DNA of 64,000 nt, from assembly GCF_037042905.1 (NCBI RefSeq), contig NC_087252.1, forward strand, positions 11,348,001 to 11,412,000. Direction: 5' to 3'. This DNA is from Lytechinus pictus (lineage: Eukaryota). The translations under genes and the position numbers were made by a program. Under the pieces are notes generated by a model that did not search any database, was not told where the DNA came from, and was given only the letters and a program-made list of their open reading frames with translations. Positions 25,901-40,900 of this stretch are shown in pieces; within the stretch, counting starts at the first letter, position 1; the number at the start of each line of letters is the position of its first letter.

Positions 25901-28900
25901 GCCCCGAAAGGTCGGGGTGCATTGCCGAAAATATCGCGCGAGCTGTTATGGCGTGCTATATATTATGTACGTGTATTCCAACTATTCCACTTTGGTTTGG
26001 TAATAAATTCGCCGCTAATCGAAATCACCTTTTTATGTCTTGAAAATGAAGCAAATTGATCTTCATTAATCATTCCATCGATCTAGGGGTGAACATTGGT
26101 GCACAGAAAAGGGGGACGGGGTCTACGGTGCCCCGAAAGGTCGGGGTGCATTGCCGAAAATATCGCGCGAGCTGTTATGGCGTGCTATATATTATGTACG
26201 TGTATTCCAACTATTCCAGTTTGGTGGCCGGGGGCTGGTAATAAATTCGCCGCTAATCGAAATCACCTTTTTATGTCTTGAAAATCAGCGAAATTGATCT
26301 TTATTAGGCATCCCATCGATTTAGGGGTGAACATTGGTGCACAGAAAAGGGGGACGGGGTCTACGGTGCCCCGAAAGGTCGGGGTGCATTGCCGAAAATA
26401 TCGCGCGAGCTGTTATGGCGTGTTATATATTATGTACGTGTATTCCAACTATTCCACTTTGGTGGCCGGGGGCTGGTAATAAATTCGCCGCTAATCGAAA
26501 TCACCTTTTTATGTCTTGAAAATAAGCGAAATTGATCTTTATTAGTCATTCCATCGATTTAGGGGTGAACATTGGTGCACAGAAAAGGGGGACGGGGTCT
26601 ACGATGCCCCGAAAGGTAGGGGGTGCATGGACGAAAATGCTATGTATTATATACGTGTATTCCAACAATTCCACTTTGGTTTGGTAATAAATTCGCCGCT
26701 AATCGAAATCACCTTTTTATGTCTTGAAAATGAAGCAAATTGATCTTCATTAATCATTCCATCGATCTAGGGGTGAACATTGGTGCACAGAAAAGGGGGA
26801 CGGGGTCTACGGTGCCCCGAAAGGTCGGGGTGCATTGCCGAAAATATCGCGCGAGCTGTTATGGCGTGCTATATATTATGTACGTGTATTCCAACTATTC
26901 CACTTTGGTTTGGTAATAAATTCGCCGCTAATCGAAATCACCTTTTTATGTCTTGAAAATGAAGCAAATTGATCTTCATTAATCATTCCATCGATCTAGG
27001 GGTGAACATTGGTGCACAGAAAAGGGGGACGGGGTCTACGGTGCCCCGAAAGGTCGGGGTGCATTGCCGAAAATATCGCGCGAGCTGTTATGGCGTGCTA
27101 TATATTATGTACGTGTATTCCAACTATTCCAGTTTGGTGGCCGGGGGCTGGTAATAAATTCGCCGCTAATCGAAATCACCTTTTTATGTCTTGAAAATCA
27201 GCGAAATTGATCTTTATTAGGCATCCCATCGATTTAGGGGTGAACATTGGTGCACAGAAAAGGGGGACGGGGTCTACGGTGCCCCGAAAGGTCGGGGTGC
27301 ATTGCCGAAAATATCGCGCGAGCTGTTATGGCGTGCTATATATTATGTACGTGTATTCCAACTATTCCACTTTGGTGGCCGGGGGCTGGTAATAAATTCG
27401 CCGCTAATCGAAATCACCTTTTTATGTCTTGAAAATAAGCGAAATTGATCTTTATTAGTCATTCCATCGATTTAGGGGTGAACATTGGTGCACAGAAAAG
27501 GGGGACGGGGTCTACGATGCCCCGAAAGGTAGGGGGTGCATGGACGAAAATGCTATGTATTATATACGTGTATTCCAACAATTCCACTTTGGTTTGGTAA
27601 TAAATTCGCCGCTAATCGAAATCACCTTTTTATGTCTTGAAAATGAAGCAAATTGATCTTCATTAATCATTCCATCGATCTAGGGGTGAACATTGGTGCA
27701 CAGAAAAGGGGGACGGGGTCTACGGTGCCCCGAAAGGTCGGGGTGCATTGCCGAAAATATCGCGCGAGCTGTTATGGCGTGCTATATATTATGTACGTGT
27801 ATTCCAACTATTCCACTTTGGTTTGGTAATAAATTCGCCGCTAATCGAAATCACCTTTTTATGTCTTGAAAATGAAGCAAATTGATCTTCATTAATCATT
27901 CCATCGATCTAGGGGTGAACATTGGTGCACAGAAAAGGGGGACGGGGTCTACGGTGCCCCGAAAGGTCGGGGTGCATTGCCGAAAATATCGCGCGAGCTG
28001 TTATGGCGTGCTATATATTATGTACGTGTATTCCAACTATTCCAGTTTGGTGGCCGGGGGCTGGTAATAAATTCGCCGCTAATCGAAATCACCTTTTTAT
28101 GTCTTGAAAATCAGCGAAATTGATCTTTATTAGGCATCCCATCGATTTAGGGGTGAACATTGGTGCACAGAAAAGGGGGACGGGGTCTACGGTGCCCCGA
28201 AAGGTCGGGGTGCATTGCCGAAAATATCGCGCGAGCTGTTATGGCGTGCTATATATTATGTACGTGTATTCCAACTATTCCACTTTGGTGGCCGGGGGCT
28301 GGTAATAAATTCGCCGCTAATCGAAATCACCTTTTTATGTCTTGAAAATAAGCGAAATTGATCTTTATTAGTCATTCCATCGATTAAGGGGTGAACATTG
28401 GTGCACAGAAAAGGGGGACGGGGTCTACGATGCCCCGAAAGGTAGGGGGTGCATGGACGAAAATGCTATGTATTATATACGTGTATTCCAACAATTCCAC
28501 TTTGGTTTGGTAATAAATTCGCCGCTAATCGAAATCACCTTTTTATGTCTTGAAAATGAAGCAAATTGATCTTCATTAATCATTCCATCGATCTAGGGGT
28601 GAACATTGGTGCACAGAAAAGGGGGACGGGGTCTACGGTGCCCCGAAAGGTCGGGGTGCATTGCCGAAAATATCGCGCGAGCTGTTATGGCGTGCTATAT
28701 ATTATGTACGTGTATTCCAACTATTCCACTTTGGTTTGGTAATAAATTCGCCGCTAATCGAAATCACCTTTTTATGTCTTGAAAATGAAGCAAATTGATC
28801 TTCATTAATCATTCCATCGATCTAGGGGTGAACATTGGTGCACAGAAAAGGGGGACGGGGTCTACGGTGCCCCGAAAGGTCGGGGTGCATTGCCGAAAAT

Positions 28901-31900
28901 ATCGCGCGAGCTGTTATGGCGTGCTATATATTATGTACGTGTATTCCAACTATTCCACTTTGGTGGCCGGGGGCTGGTAATAAATTCGCCGCTAATCGAA
29001 ATCACCTTTTTATGTCTTGAAAATAAGCGAAATTGATCTTTATTAGTCATTCCATCGATTTAGGGGTGAACATTGGTGCACAGAAAAGGGGGACGGGGTC
29101 TACGATGCCCCGAAAGGTAGGGGGTGCATGGACGAAAATGCTATGTATTATATACGTGTATTCCAACAATTCCACTTTGGTTTGGTAATAAATTCGCCGC
29201 TAATCGAAATCACCTTTTTATGTCTTGAAAATGAAGCAAATTGATCTTCATTAATCATTCCATCGATCTAGGGGTGAACATTGGTGCACAGAAAAGGGGG
29301 ACGGGGTCTACGGTGCCCCGAAAGGTCGGGGTGCATTGCCGAAAATATCGCGCGAGCTGTTATGGCGTGCTATATATTATGTACGTGTATTCCAACTATT
29401 TTAGTTTGGTGGCCGGGGGCTGGTAATAAATTCGCCGCTAATCGAAATCACCTTTTTATGTCTTGAAAATCAGCGAAATTGATCTTTATTAGGCATCCCA
29501 TCGATTTAGGGGTGAACATTGGTGCACAGAAAAGGGGGACGGGGTCTACGGTGCCCCGAAAGGTCGGGGTGCATTGCCGAAAATATCGCGCGAGCTGTTA
29601 TGGCGTGCTATATATTATGTACGTGTATTCCAACTATTCCACTTTGGTGGCCGGGGGCTGGTAATAAATTCGCCGCTAATCGAAATCACCTTTTTATGTC
29701 TTGAAAATAAGCGAAATTGATCTTTATTAGTCATTTCATCGATTTAGGGGTAAACATTGGTGCACAGAAAAGGGGGACGGGGTCTACGATGCCCCGAAAG
29801 GTAGGGGGTGCATGGACGAAAATGCTATGTATTATATACGTGTATTCCAACAATTCCACTTTGGTTTGGTAATAAATTCGCCGCTAATCGAAATCACCTT
29901 TTTATGTCTTGAAAATGAAGCAAATTGATCTTCATTAATCATTCCATCGATCTAGGGGTGAACATTGGTGCACAGAAAAGGGGGACGGGGTCTACGGTGC
30001 CCCGAAAGGTCGGGGTGCATTGCCGAAAATATCGCGCGAGCTGTTATGGCGTGCTATATATTATGTACGTGTATTCCAACTATTCCACTTTGGTTTGGTA
30101 ATAAATTCGCCGCTAATCGAAATCACCTTTTTATGTCTTGAAAATGAAGCAAATTGATCTTCATTAATCATTCCATCGATCTAGGGGTGAACATTGGTGC
30201 ACAGAAAAGGGGGACGGGGTCTACGGTGCCCCGAAAGGTCGGGGTGCATTGCCGAAAATATCGCGCGAGCTGTTATGGCGTGCTATATATTATGTACGTG
30301 TATTCCAACTATTCCAGTTTGGTGGCCGGGGGCTGGTAATAAATTCGCCGCTAATCGAAATCACCTTTTTATGTCTTGAAAATCAGCGAAATTGATCTTT
30401 ATTAGGCATCCCATCGATTTAGGGGTGAACATTGGTGCACAGAAAAGGGGGACGGGGTCTACGGTGCCCCGAAAGGTCGGGGTGCATTGCCGAAAATATC
30501 GCGCGAGCTGTTATGGCGTGCTATATATTATGTACGTGTATTCCAACTATTCCACTTTGGTGGCCGGGGGCTGGTAATAAATTCGCCGCTAATCGAAATC
30601 ACCTTTTTATGTCTTGAAAATAAGCGAAATTGATCTTTATTAGTCATTCCATCGATTTAGGGGTGAACATTGGTGCACAGAAAAGGGGGACGGGGTCTAC
30701 GATGCCCCGAAAGGTAGGGGGTGCATGGACGAAAATGCTATGTATTATATACGTGTATTCCAACAATTCCACTTTGGTTTGGTAATAAATTCGCCGCTAA
30801 TCGAAATCACCTTTTTATGTCTTGAAAATGAAGCAAATTGATCTTCATTAATCATTCCATCGATCTAGGGGTGAACATTGGTGCACAGAAAAGGGGGACG
30901 GGGTCTACGGTGCCCCGAAAGGTCGGGGTGCATTGCCGAAAATATCGCGCGAGCTGTTATGGCGTGCTATATATTATGTACGTGTATTCCAACTATTCCA
31001 CTTTGGTTTGGTAATAAATTCGCCGCTAATCGAAATCACCTTTTTATGTCTTGAAAATGAAGCAAATTGATCTTCATTAATCATTCCATCGATCTAGGGG
31101 TGAACATTGGTGCACAGAAAAGGGGGACGGGGTCTACGGTGCCCCGAAAGGTCGGGGTGCATTGCCGAAAATATCGCGCGAGCTGTTATGGCGTGCTATA
31201 TATTATGTACGTGTATTCCAACTATTCCACTTTGGTGGCCGGGGGCTGGTAATAAATTCGCCGCTAATCGAAATCACCTTTTTATGTCTTGAAAATAAGC
31301 GAAATTGATCTTTATTAGTCATTCCATCGATTTAGGGGTGAACATTGGTGCACAGAAAAGGGGGACGGGGTCTACGATGCCCCGAAAGGTAGGGGGTGCA
31401 TGGACGAAAATGCTATGTATTATATACGTGTATTCCAACAATTCCACTTTGGTTTGGTAATAAATTCGCCGCTAATCGAAATCACCTTTTTATGTCTTGA
31501 AAATGAAGCAAATTGATCTTCATTAATCATTCCATCGATCTAGGGGTGAACATTGGTGCACAGAAAAGGGGGACGGGGTCTACGGTGCCCCGAAAGGTCG
31601 GGGTGCATTGCCGAAAATATCGCGCGAGCTGTTATGGCGTGCTATATATTATGTACGTGTATTCCAACTATTCCAGTTTGGTGGCCGGGGGCTGGTAATA
31701 AATTCGCCGCTAATCGAAATCACCTTTTTATGTCTTGAAAATCAGCGAAATTGATCTTTATTAGGCATCCCATCGATTTAGGGGTGAACATTGGTGCACA
31801 GAAAAGGGGGACGGGGTCTACGGTGCCCCGAAAGGTCGGGGTGCATTGCCGAAAATATCGCGCGAGCTGTTATGGCGTGCTATATATTATGTACGTGTAT

Positions 31901-34900
31901 TCCAACTATTCCACTTTGGTGGCCGGGGGCTGGTAATAAATTCGCCGCTAATCGAAATCACCTTTTTATGTCTTGAAAATAAGCGAAATTGATCTTTATT
32001 AGTCATTTCATCGATTTAGGGGTAAACATTGGTGCACAGAAAAGGGGGACGGGGTCTACGATGCCCCGAAAGGTAGGGGGTGCATGGACGAAAATGCTAT
32101 GTATTATATACGTGTATTCCAACAATTCCACTTTGGTTTGGTAATAAATTCGCCGCTAATCGAAATCACCTTTTTATGTCTTGAAAATGAAGCAAATTGA
32201 TCTTCATTAATCATTCCATCGATCTAGGGGTGAACATTGGTGCACAGAAAAGGGGGACGGGGTCTACGGTGCCCCGAAAGGTCGGGGTGCATTGCCGAAA
32301 ATATCGCGCGAGCTGTTATGGCGTGCTATATATTATGTACGTGTATTCCAACTATTCCACTTTGGTTTGGTAATAAATTCGCCGCTAATCGAAATCACCT
32401 TTTTATGTCTTGAAAATGAAGCAAATTGATCTTCATTAATCATTCCATCGATCTAGGGGTGAACATTGGTGCACAGAAAAGGGGGACGGGGTCTACGGTG
32501 CCCCGAAAGGTCGGGGTGCATTGCCGAAAATATCGCGCGAGCTGTTATGGCGTGCTATACATTATGTACGTGTATTCCAACTATTCCAGTTTGGTGGCCG
32601 GGGGCTGGTAATAAATTCGCCGCTAATCGAAATCACCTTTTTATGTCTTGAAAATCAGCGAAATTGATCTTTATTAGGCATCCCATCGATTTAGGGGTGA
32701 ACATTGGTGCACAGAAAAGGGGGACGGGGTCTACGGTGCCCCGAAAGGTCGGGGTGCATTGCCGAAAATATCGCGCGAGCTGTTATGGCGTGCTATATAT
32801 TATGTACGTGTATTCCAACTATTCCACTTTGGTTTGGTAATAAATTCGCCGCTAATCGAAATCACCTTTTTATGTCTTGAAAATGAAGCAAATTGATCTT
32901 CATTAATCATTCCATCGATCTAGGGGTGAACATTGGTGCACAGAAAAGGGGGACGGGGTCTACGGTGCCCCGAAAGGTCGGGGTGCATTGCCGAAAATAT
33001 CGCGCGAGCTGTTATGGCGTGCTATATATTATGTACGTGTATTCCAACTATTCCAGTTTGGTGGCCGGGGGCTGGTAATAAATTCGCCGCTAATCGAAAT
33101 CACCTTTTTATGTCTTGAAAATCAGCGAAATTGATCTTTATTAGGCATTCCATCGATTTAGGGGTGAACATTGGTGCACAGAAAAGGGGGACGGGGTCTA
33201 CGGTGCCCCGAAAGGTCGGGGTGCATTGCCGAAAATATCGCGCGAGCTGTTATGGCGTGTTATATATTATGTACGTGTATTCCAACTATTCCACTTTGGT
33301 GGCCGGGGGCTGGTAATAAATTCGCCGCTAATCGAAATCACCTTTTTATGTCTTGAAAATAAGCGAAATTGATCTTTATTAGTCATTCCATCGATTTAGG
33401 GGTGAACATTGGTGCACAGAAAAGGGGGACGGGGTCTACGATGCCCCGAAAGGTAGGGGGTGCATGGACGAAAATGCTATGTATTATATACGTGTATTCC
33501 AACAATTCCACTTTGGTTTGGTAATAAATTCGCCGCTAATCGAAATCACCTTTTTATGTCTTGAAAATGAAGCAAATTGATCTTCATTAATCATTCCATC
33601 GATCTAGGGGTGAACATTGGTGCACAGAAAAGGGGGACGGGGTCTACGGTGCCCCGAAAGGTCGGGGTGCATTGCCGAAAATATCGCGCGAGCTGTTATG
33701 GCGTGCTATATATTATGTACGTGTATTCCAACTATTCCACTTTGGTGGCCGGGGGCTGGTAATAAATTCGCCGCTAATCGAAATCACCTTTTTATGTCTT
33801 GAAAATAAGCGAAATTGATCTTTATTAGTCATTCCATCGATTTAGGGGTGAACATTGGTGCACAGAAAAGGGGGACGGGGTCTACGATGCCCCGAAAGGT
33901 AGGGGGTGCATGGACGAAAATGCTATGTATTATATACGTGTATTCCAACAATTCCACTTTGGTTTGGTAATAAATTCGCCGCTAATCGAAATCACCTTTT
34001 TATGTCTTGAAAATGAAGCAAATTGATCTTCATTAATCATTCCATCGATCTAGGGGTGAACATTGGTGCACAGAAAAGGGGGACGGGGTCTACGGTGCCC
34101 CGAAAGGTCGGGGTGCATTGCCGAAAATATCGCGCGAGCTGTTATGGCGTGCTATATATTATGTACGTGTATTCCAACTATTCCAGTTTGGTGGCCGGGG
34201 GCTGGTAATAAATTCGCCGCTAATCGAAATCACCTTTTTATGTCTTGAAAATCAGCGAAATTGATCTTTATTAGGCATCCCATCGATTTAGGGGTGAACA
34301 TTGGTGCACAGAAAAGGGGGACGGGGTCTACGGTGCCCCGAAAGGTCGGGGTGCATTGCCGAAAATATCGCGCGAGCTGTTATGGCGTGCTATATATTAT
34401 GTACGTGTATTCCAACTATTCCACTTTGGTGGCCGGGGGCTGGTAATAAATTCGCCGCTAATCGAAATCACCTTTTTATGTCTTGAAAATAAGCGAAATT
34501 GATCTTTATTAGTCATTTCATCGATTTAGGGGTAAACATTGGTGCACAGAAAAGGGGGACGGGGTCTACGATGCCCCGAAAGGTAGGGGGTGCATGGACG
34601 AAAATGCTATGTATTATATACGTGTATTCCAACAATTCCACTTTGGTTTGGTAATAAATTCGCCGCTAATCGAAATCACCTTTTTATGTCTTGAAAATGA
34701 AGCAAATTGATCTTCATTAATCATTCCATCGATCTAGGGGTGAACATTGGTGCACAGAAAAGGGGGACGGGGTCTACGGTGCCCCGAAAGGTCGGGGTGC
34801 ATTGCCGAAAATATCGCGCGAGCTGTTATGGCGTGCTATATATTATGTACGTGTATTCCAACTATTCCACTTTGGTTTGGTAATAAATTCGCCGCTAATC

Positions 34901-37900
34901 GAAATCACCTTTTTATGTCTTGAAAATGAAGCAAATTGATCTTCATTAATCATTCCATCGATCTAGGGGTGAACATTGGTGCACAGAAAAGGGGGACGGG
35001 GTCTACGGTGCCCCGAAAGGTCGGGGTGCATTGCCGAAAATATCGCGCGAGCTGTTATGGCGTGCTATACATTATGTACGTGTATTCCAACTATTCCAGT
35101 TTGGTGGCCGGGGGCTGGTAATAAATTCGCCGCTAATCGAAATCACCTTTTTATGTCTTGAAAATCAGCGAAATTGATCTTTATTAGGCATCCCATCGAT
35201 TTAGGGGTGAACATTGGTGCACAGAAAAGGGGGACGGGGTCTACGGTGCCCCGAAAGGTCGGGGTGCATTGCCGAAAATATCGCGCGAGCTGTTATGGCG
35301 TGCTATATATTATGTACGTGTATTCCAACTATTCCACTTTGGTTTGGTAATAAATTCGCCGCTAATCGAAATCACCTTTTTATGTCTTCAAAATGAAGCA
35401 AATTGATCTTCATTAATCATTCCATCGATCTAGGGGTGAACATTGGTGCACAGAAAAGGGGGACGGGGTCTACGGTGCCCCGAAAGGTCGGGGTGCATTG
35501 CCGAAAATATCGCGCGAGCTGTTATGGCGTGCTATATATTATGTACGTGTATTCCAACTATTCCAGTTTGGTGGCCGGGGGCTGGTAATAAATTCGCCGC
35601 TAATCGAAATCACCTTTTTATGTCTTGAAAATCAGCGAAATTGATCTTTATTAGGCATCCCATCGATTTAGGGGTGAACATTGGTGCACAGAAAAGGGGG
35701 ACGGGGTCTACGGTGCCCCGAAAGGTCGGGGTGCATTGCCGAAAATATCGCGCGAGCTGTTATGGCGTGTTATATATTATGTACGTGTATTCCAACTATT
35801 CCACTTTGGTGGCCGGGGGCTGGTAATAAATTCGCCGCTAATCGAAATCACCTTTTTATGTCTTGAAAATAAGCGAAATTGATCTTTATTAGTCATTCCA
35901 TCGATTTAGGGGTGAACATTGGTGCACAGAAAAGGGGGACGGGGTCTACGATGCCCCGAAAGGTAGGGGGTGCATGGACGAAAATGCTATGTATTATATA
36001 CGTGTATTCCAACAATTCCACTTTGGTTTGGTAATAAATTCGCCGCTAATCGAAATCACCTTTTTATGTCTTGAAAATGAAGCAAATTGATCTTCATTAA
36101 TCATTCCATCGATCTAGGGGTGAACATTGGTGCACAGAAAAGGGGGACGGGGTCTACGGTGCCCCGAAAGGTCGGGGTGCATTGCCGAAAATATCGCGCG
36201 AGCTGTTATGGCGTGCTATATATTATGTACGTGTATTCCAACTATTCCACTTTGGTTTGGTAATAAATTCGCCGCTAATCGAAATCACCTTTTTATGTCT
36301 TGAAAATGAAGCAAATTGATCTTCATTAATCATTCCATCGATCTAGGGGTGAACATTGGTGCACAGAAAAGGGGGACGGGGTCTACGGTGCCCCGAAAGG
36401 TCGGGGTGCATTGCCGAAAATATCGCGCGAGCTGTTATGGCGTGCTATATATTATGTACGTGTATTCCAACTATTCCAGTTTGGTGGCCGGGGGCTGGTA
36501 ATAAATTCGCCGCTAATCGAAATCACCTTTTTATGTCTTGAAAATCAGCGAAATTGATCTTTATTAGGCATCCCATCGATTTAGGGGTGAACATTGGTGC
36601 ACAGAAAAGGGGGACGGGGTCTACGGTGCCCCGAAAGGTCGGGGTGCATTGCCGAAAATATCGCGCGAGCTGTTATGGCGTGTTATATATTATGTACGTG
36701 TATTCCAACTATTCCACTTTGGTGGCCGGGGGCTGGTAATAAATTCGCCGCTAATCGAAATCACCTTTTTATGTCTTGAAAATAAGCGAAATTGATCTTT
36801 ATTAGTCATTCCATCGATTTAGGGGTGAACATTGGTGCACAGAAAAGGGGGACGGGGTCTACGATGCCCCGAAAGGTAGGGGGTGCATGGACGAAAATGC
36901 TATGTATTATATACGTGTATTCCAACAATTCCACTTTGGTTTGGTAATAAATTCGCCGCTAATCGAAATCACCTTTTTATGTCTTGAAAATGAAGCAAAT
37001 TGATCTTCATTAATCATTCCATCGATCTAGGGGTGAACATTGGTGCACAGAAAAGGGGGACGGGGTCTACGGTGCCCCGAAAGGTCGGGGTGCATTGCCG
37101 AAAATATCGCGCGAGCTGTTATGGCGTGCTATATATTATGTACGTGTATTCCAACTATTCCACTTTGGTTTGGTAATAAATTCGCCGCTAATCGAAATCA
37201 CCTTTTTATGTCTTGAAAATGAAGCAAATTGATCTTCATTAATCATTCCATCGATCTAGGGGTGAACATTGGTGCACAGAAAAGGGGGACGGGGTCTACG
37301 GTGCCCCGAAAGGTCGGGGTGCATTGCCGAAAATATCGCGCGAGCTGTTATGGCGTGCTATATATTATGTACGTGTATTCCAACTATTCCAGTTTGGTGG
37401 CCGGGGGCTGGTAATAAATTCGCCGCTAATCGAAATCACCTTTTTATGTCTTGAAAATCAGCGAAATTGATCTTTATTAGGCATCCCATCGATTTAGGGG
37501 TGAACATTGGTGCACAGAAAAGGGGGACGGGGTCTACGGTGCCCCGAAAGGTCGGGGTGCATTGCCGAAAATATCGCGCGAGCTGTTATGGCGTGCTATA
37601 TATTATGTACGTGTATTCCAACTATTCCACTTTGGTGGCCGGGGGCTGGTAATAAATTCGCCGCTAATCGAAATCACCTTTTTATGTCTTGAAAATAAGC
37701 GAAATTGATCTTTATTAGTCATTCCATCGATTTAGGGGTGAACATTGGTGCACAGAAAAGGGGGACGGGGTCTACGATGCCCCGAAAGGTAGGGGGTGCA
37801 TGGACGAAAATGCTATGTATTATATACGTGTATTCCAACAATTCCACTTTGGTTTGGTAATAAATTCGCCGCTAATCGAAATCACCTTTTTATGTCTTGA

Positions 37901-40900
37901 AAATGAAGCAAATTGATCTTCATTAATCATTCCATCGATCTAGGGGTGAACATTGGTGCACAGAAAAGGGGGACGGGGTCTACGGTGCCCCGAAAGGTCG
38001 GGGTGCATTGCCGAAAATATCGCGCGAGCTGTTATGGCGTGCTATATATTATGTACGTGTATTCCAACTATTCCACTTTGGTTTGGTAATAAATTCGCCG
38101 CTAATCGAAATCACCTTTTTATGTCTTGAAAATGAAGCAAATTGATCTTCATTAATCATTCCATCGATCTAGGGGTGAACATTGGTGCACAGAAAAGGGG
38201 GACGGGGTCTACGGTGCCCCGAAAGGTCGGGGTGCATTGCCGAAAATATCGCGCGAGCTGTTATGGCGTGCTATATATTATGTACGTGTATTCCAACTAT
38301 TCCAGTTTGGTGGCCGGGGGCTGGTAATAAATTCGCCGCTAATCGAAATCACCTTTTTATGTCTTGAAAATCAGCGAAATTGATCTTTATTAGGCATCCC
38401 ATCGATTTAGGGGTGAACATTGGTGCACAGAAAAGGGGGACGGGGTCTACGGTGCCCCGAAAGGTCGGGGTGCATTGCCGAAAATATCGCGCGAGCTGTT
38501 ATGGCGTGCTATATATTATGTACGTGTATTCCAACTATTCCACTTTGGTGGCCGGGGGCTGGTAATAAATTCGCCGCTAATCGAAATCACCTTTTTATGT
38601 CTTGAAAATCAGCGAAATTGATCTTTATTAGGCATCCCATCGATTAAGGGGTGAACATTGGTGCACAGAAAAGGGGGACGGGGTCTACGATGCCCCGAAA
38701 GGTAGGGGGTGCATGGACGAAAATGCTATGTATTATATACGTGTATTCCAACAATTCCACTTTGGTTTGGTAATAAATTCGCCGCTAATCGAAATCACCT
38801 TTTTATGTCTTGAAAATGAAGCAAATTGATCTTCATTAATCATTCCATCGATCTAGGGGTGAACATTGGTGCACAGAAAAGGGGGACGGGGTCTACGGTG
38901 CCCCGAAAGGTCGGGGTGCATTGCCGAAAATATCGCGCGAGCTGTTATGGCGTGCTATATATTATGTACGTGTATTCCAACTATTCCACTTTGGTTTGGT
39001 AATAAATTCGCCGCTAATCGAAATCACCTTTTTATGTCTTGAAAATGAAGCAAATTGATCTTCATTAATCATTCCATCGATCTAGGGGTGAACATTGGTG
39101 CACAGAAAAGGGGGACGGGGTCTACGGTGCCCCGAAAGGTCGGGGTGCATTGCCGAAAATATCGCGCGAGCTGTTATGGCGTGCTATATATTATGTACGT
39201 GTATTCCAACTATTCCACTTTGGTGGCCGGGGGCTGGTAATAAATTCGCCGCTAATCGAAATCACCTTTTTATGTCTTGAAAATAAGCGAAATTGATCTT
39301 TATTAGTCATTCCATCGATTTAGGGGTGAACATTGGTGCACAGAAAAGGGGGACGGGGTCTACGATGCCCCGAAAGGTAGGGGGTGCATGGACGAAAATG
39401 CTATGTATTATATACGTGTATTCCAACAATTCCACTTTGGTTTGGTAATAAATTCGCCGCTAATCGAAATCACCTTTTTATGTCTTGAAAATGAAGCAAA
39501 TTGATCTTCATTAATCATTCCATCGATCTAGGGGTGAACATTGGTGCACAGAAAAGGGGGACGGGGTCTACGGTGCCCCGAAAGGTCGGGGTGCATTGCC
39601 GAAAATATCGCGCGAGCTGTTATGGCGTGCTATATATTATGTACGTGTATTCCAACTATTTTAGTTTGGTGGCCGGGGGCTGGTAATAAATTCGCCGCTA
39701 ATCGAAATCACCTTTTTATGTCTTGAAAATCAGCGAAATTGATCTTTATTAGGCATCCCATCGATTTAGGGGTGAACATTGGTGCACAGAAAAGGGGGAC
39801 GGGGTCTACGGTGCCCCGAAAGGTCGGGGTGCATTGCCGAAAATATCGCGCGAGCTGTTATGGCGTGCTATATATTATGTACGTGTATTCCAACTATTCC
39901 ACTTTGGTGGCCGGGGGCTGGTAATAAATTCGCCGCTAATCGAAATCACCTTTTTATGTCTTGAAAATAAGCGAAATTGATCTTTATTAGTCATTTCATC
40001 GATTTAGGGGTAAACATTGGTGCACAGAAAAGGGGGACGGGGTCTACGATGCCCCGAAAGGTAGGGGGTGCATGGACGAAAATGCTATGTATTATATACG
40101 TGTATTCCAACAATTCCACTTTGGTTTGGTAATAAATTCGCCGCTAATCGAAATCACCTTTTTATGTCTTGAAAATGAAGCAAATTGATCTTCATTAATC
40201 ATTCCATCGATCTAGGGGTGAACATTGGTGCACAGAAAAGGGGGACGGGGTCTACGGTGCCCCGAAAGGTCGGGGTGCATTGCCGAAAATATCGCGCGAG
40301 CTGTTATGGCGTGCTATATATTATGTACGTGTATTCCAACTATTCCACTTTGGTTTGGTAATAAATTCGCCGCTAATCGAAATCACCTTTTTATGTCTTG
40401 AAAATGAAGCAAATTGATCTTCATTAATCATTCCATCGATCTAGGGGTATACATTGGTGCACAGAAAAGGGGGACGGGGTCTACGGTGCCCCGAAAGGTC
40501 GGGGTGCATTGCCGAAAATATCGCGCGAGCTGTTATGGCGTGCTATATATTATGTACGTGTATTCCAACTATTCCAGTTTGGTGGCCGGGGGCTGGTAAT
40601 AAATTCGCCGCTAATCGAAATCACCTTTTTATGTCTTGAAAATCAGCGAAATTGATCTTTATTAGGCATCCCATCGATTTAGGGGTGAACATTGGTGCAC
40701 AGAAAAGGGGGACGGGGTCTACGGTGCCCCGAAAGGTCGGGGTGCATTGCCGAAAATATCGCGCGAGCTGTTATGGCGTGCTATATATTATGTACGTGTA
40801 TTCCAACTATTCCACTTTGGTGGCCGGGGGCTGGTAATAAATTCGCCGCTAATCGAAATCACCTTTTTATGTCTTGAAAATAAGCGAAATTGATCTTTAT

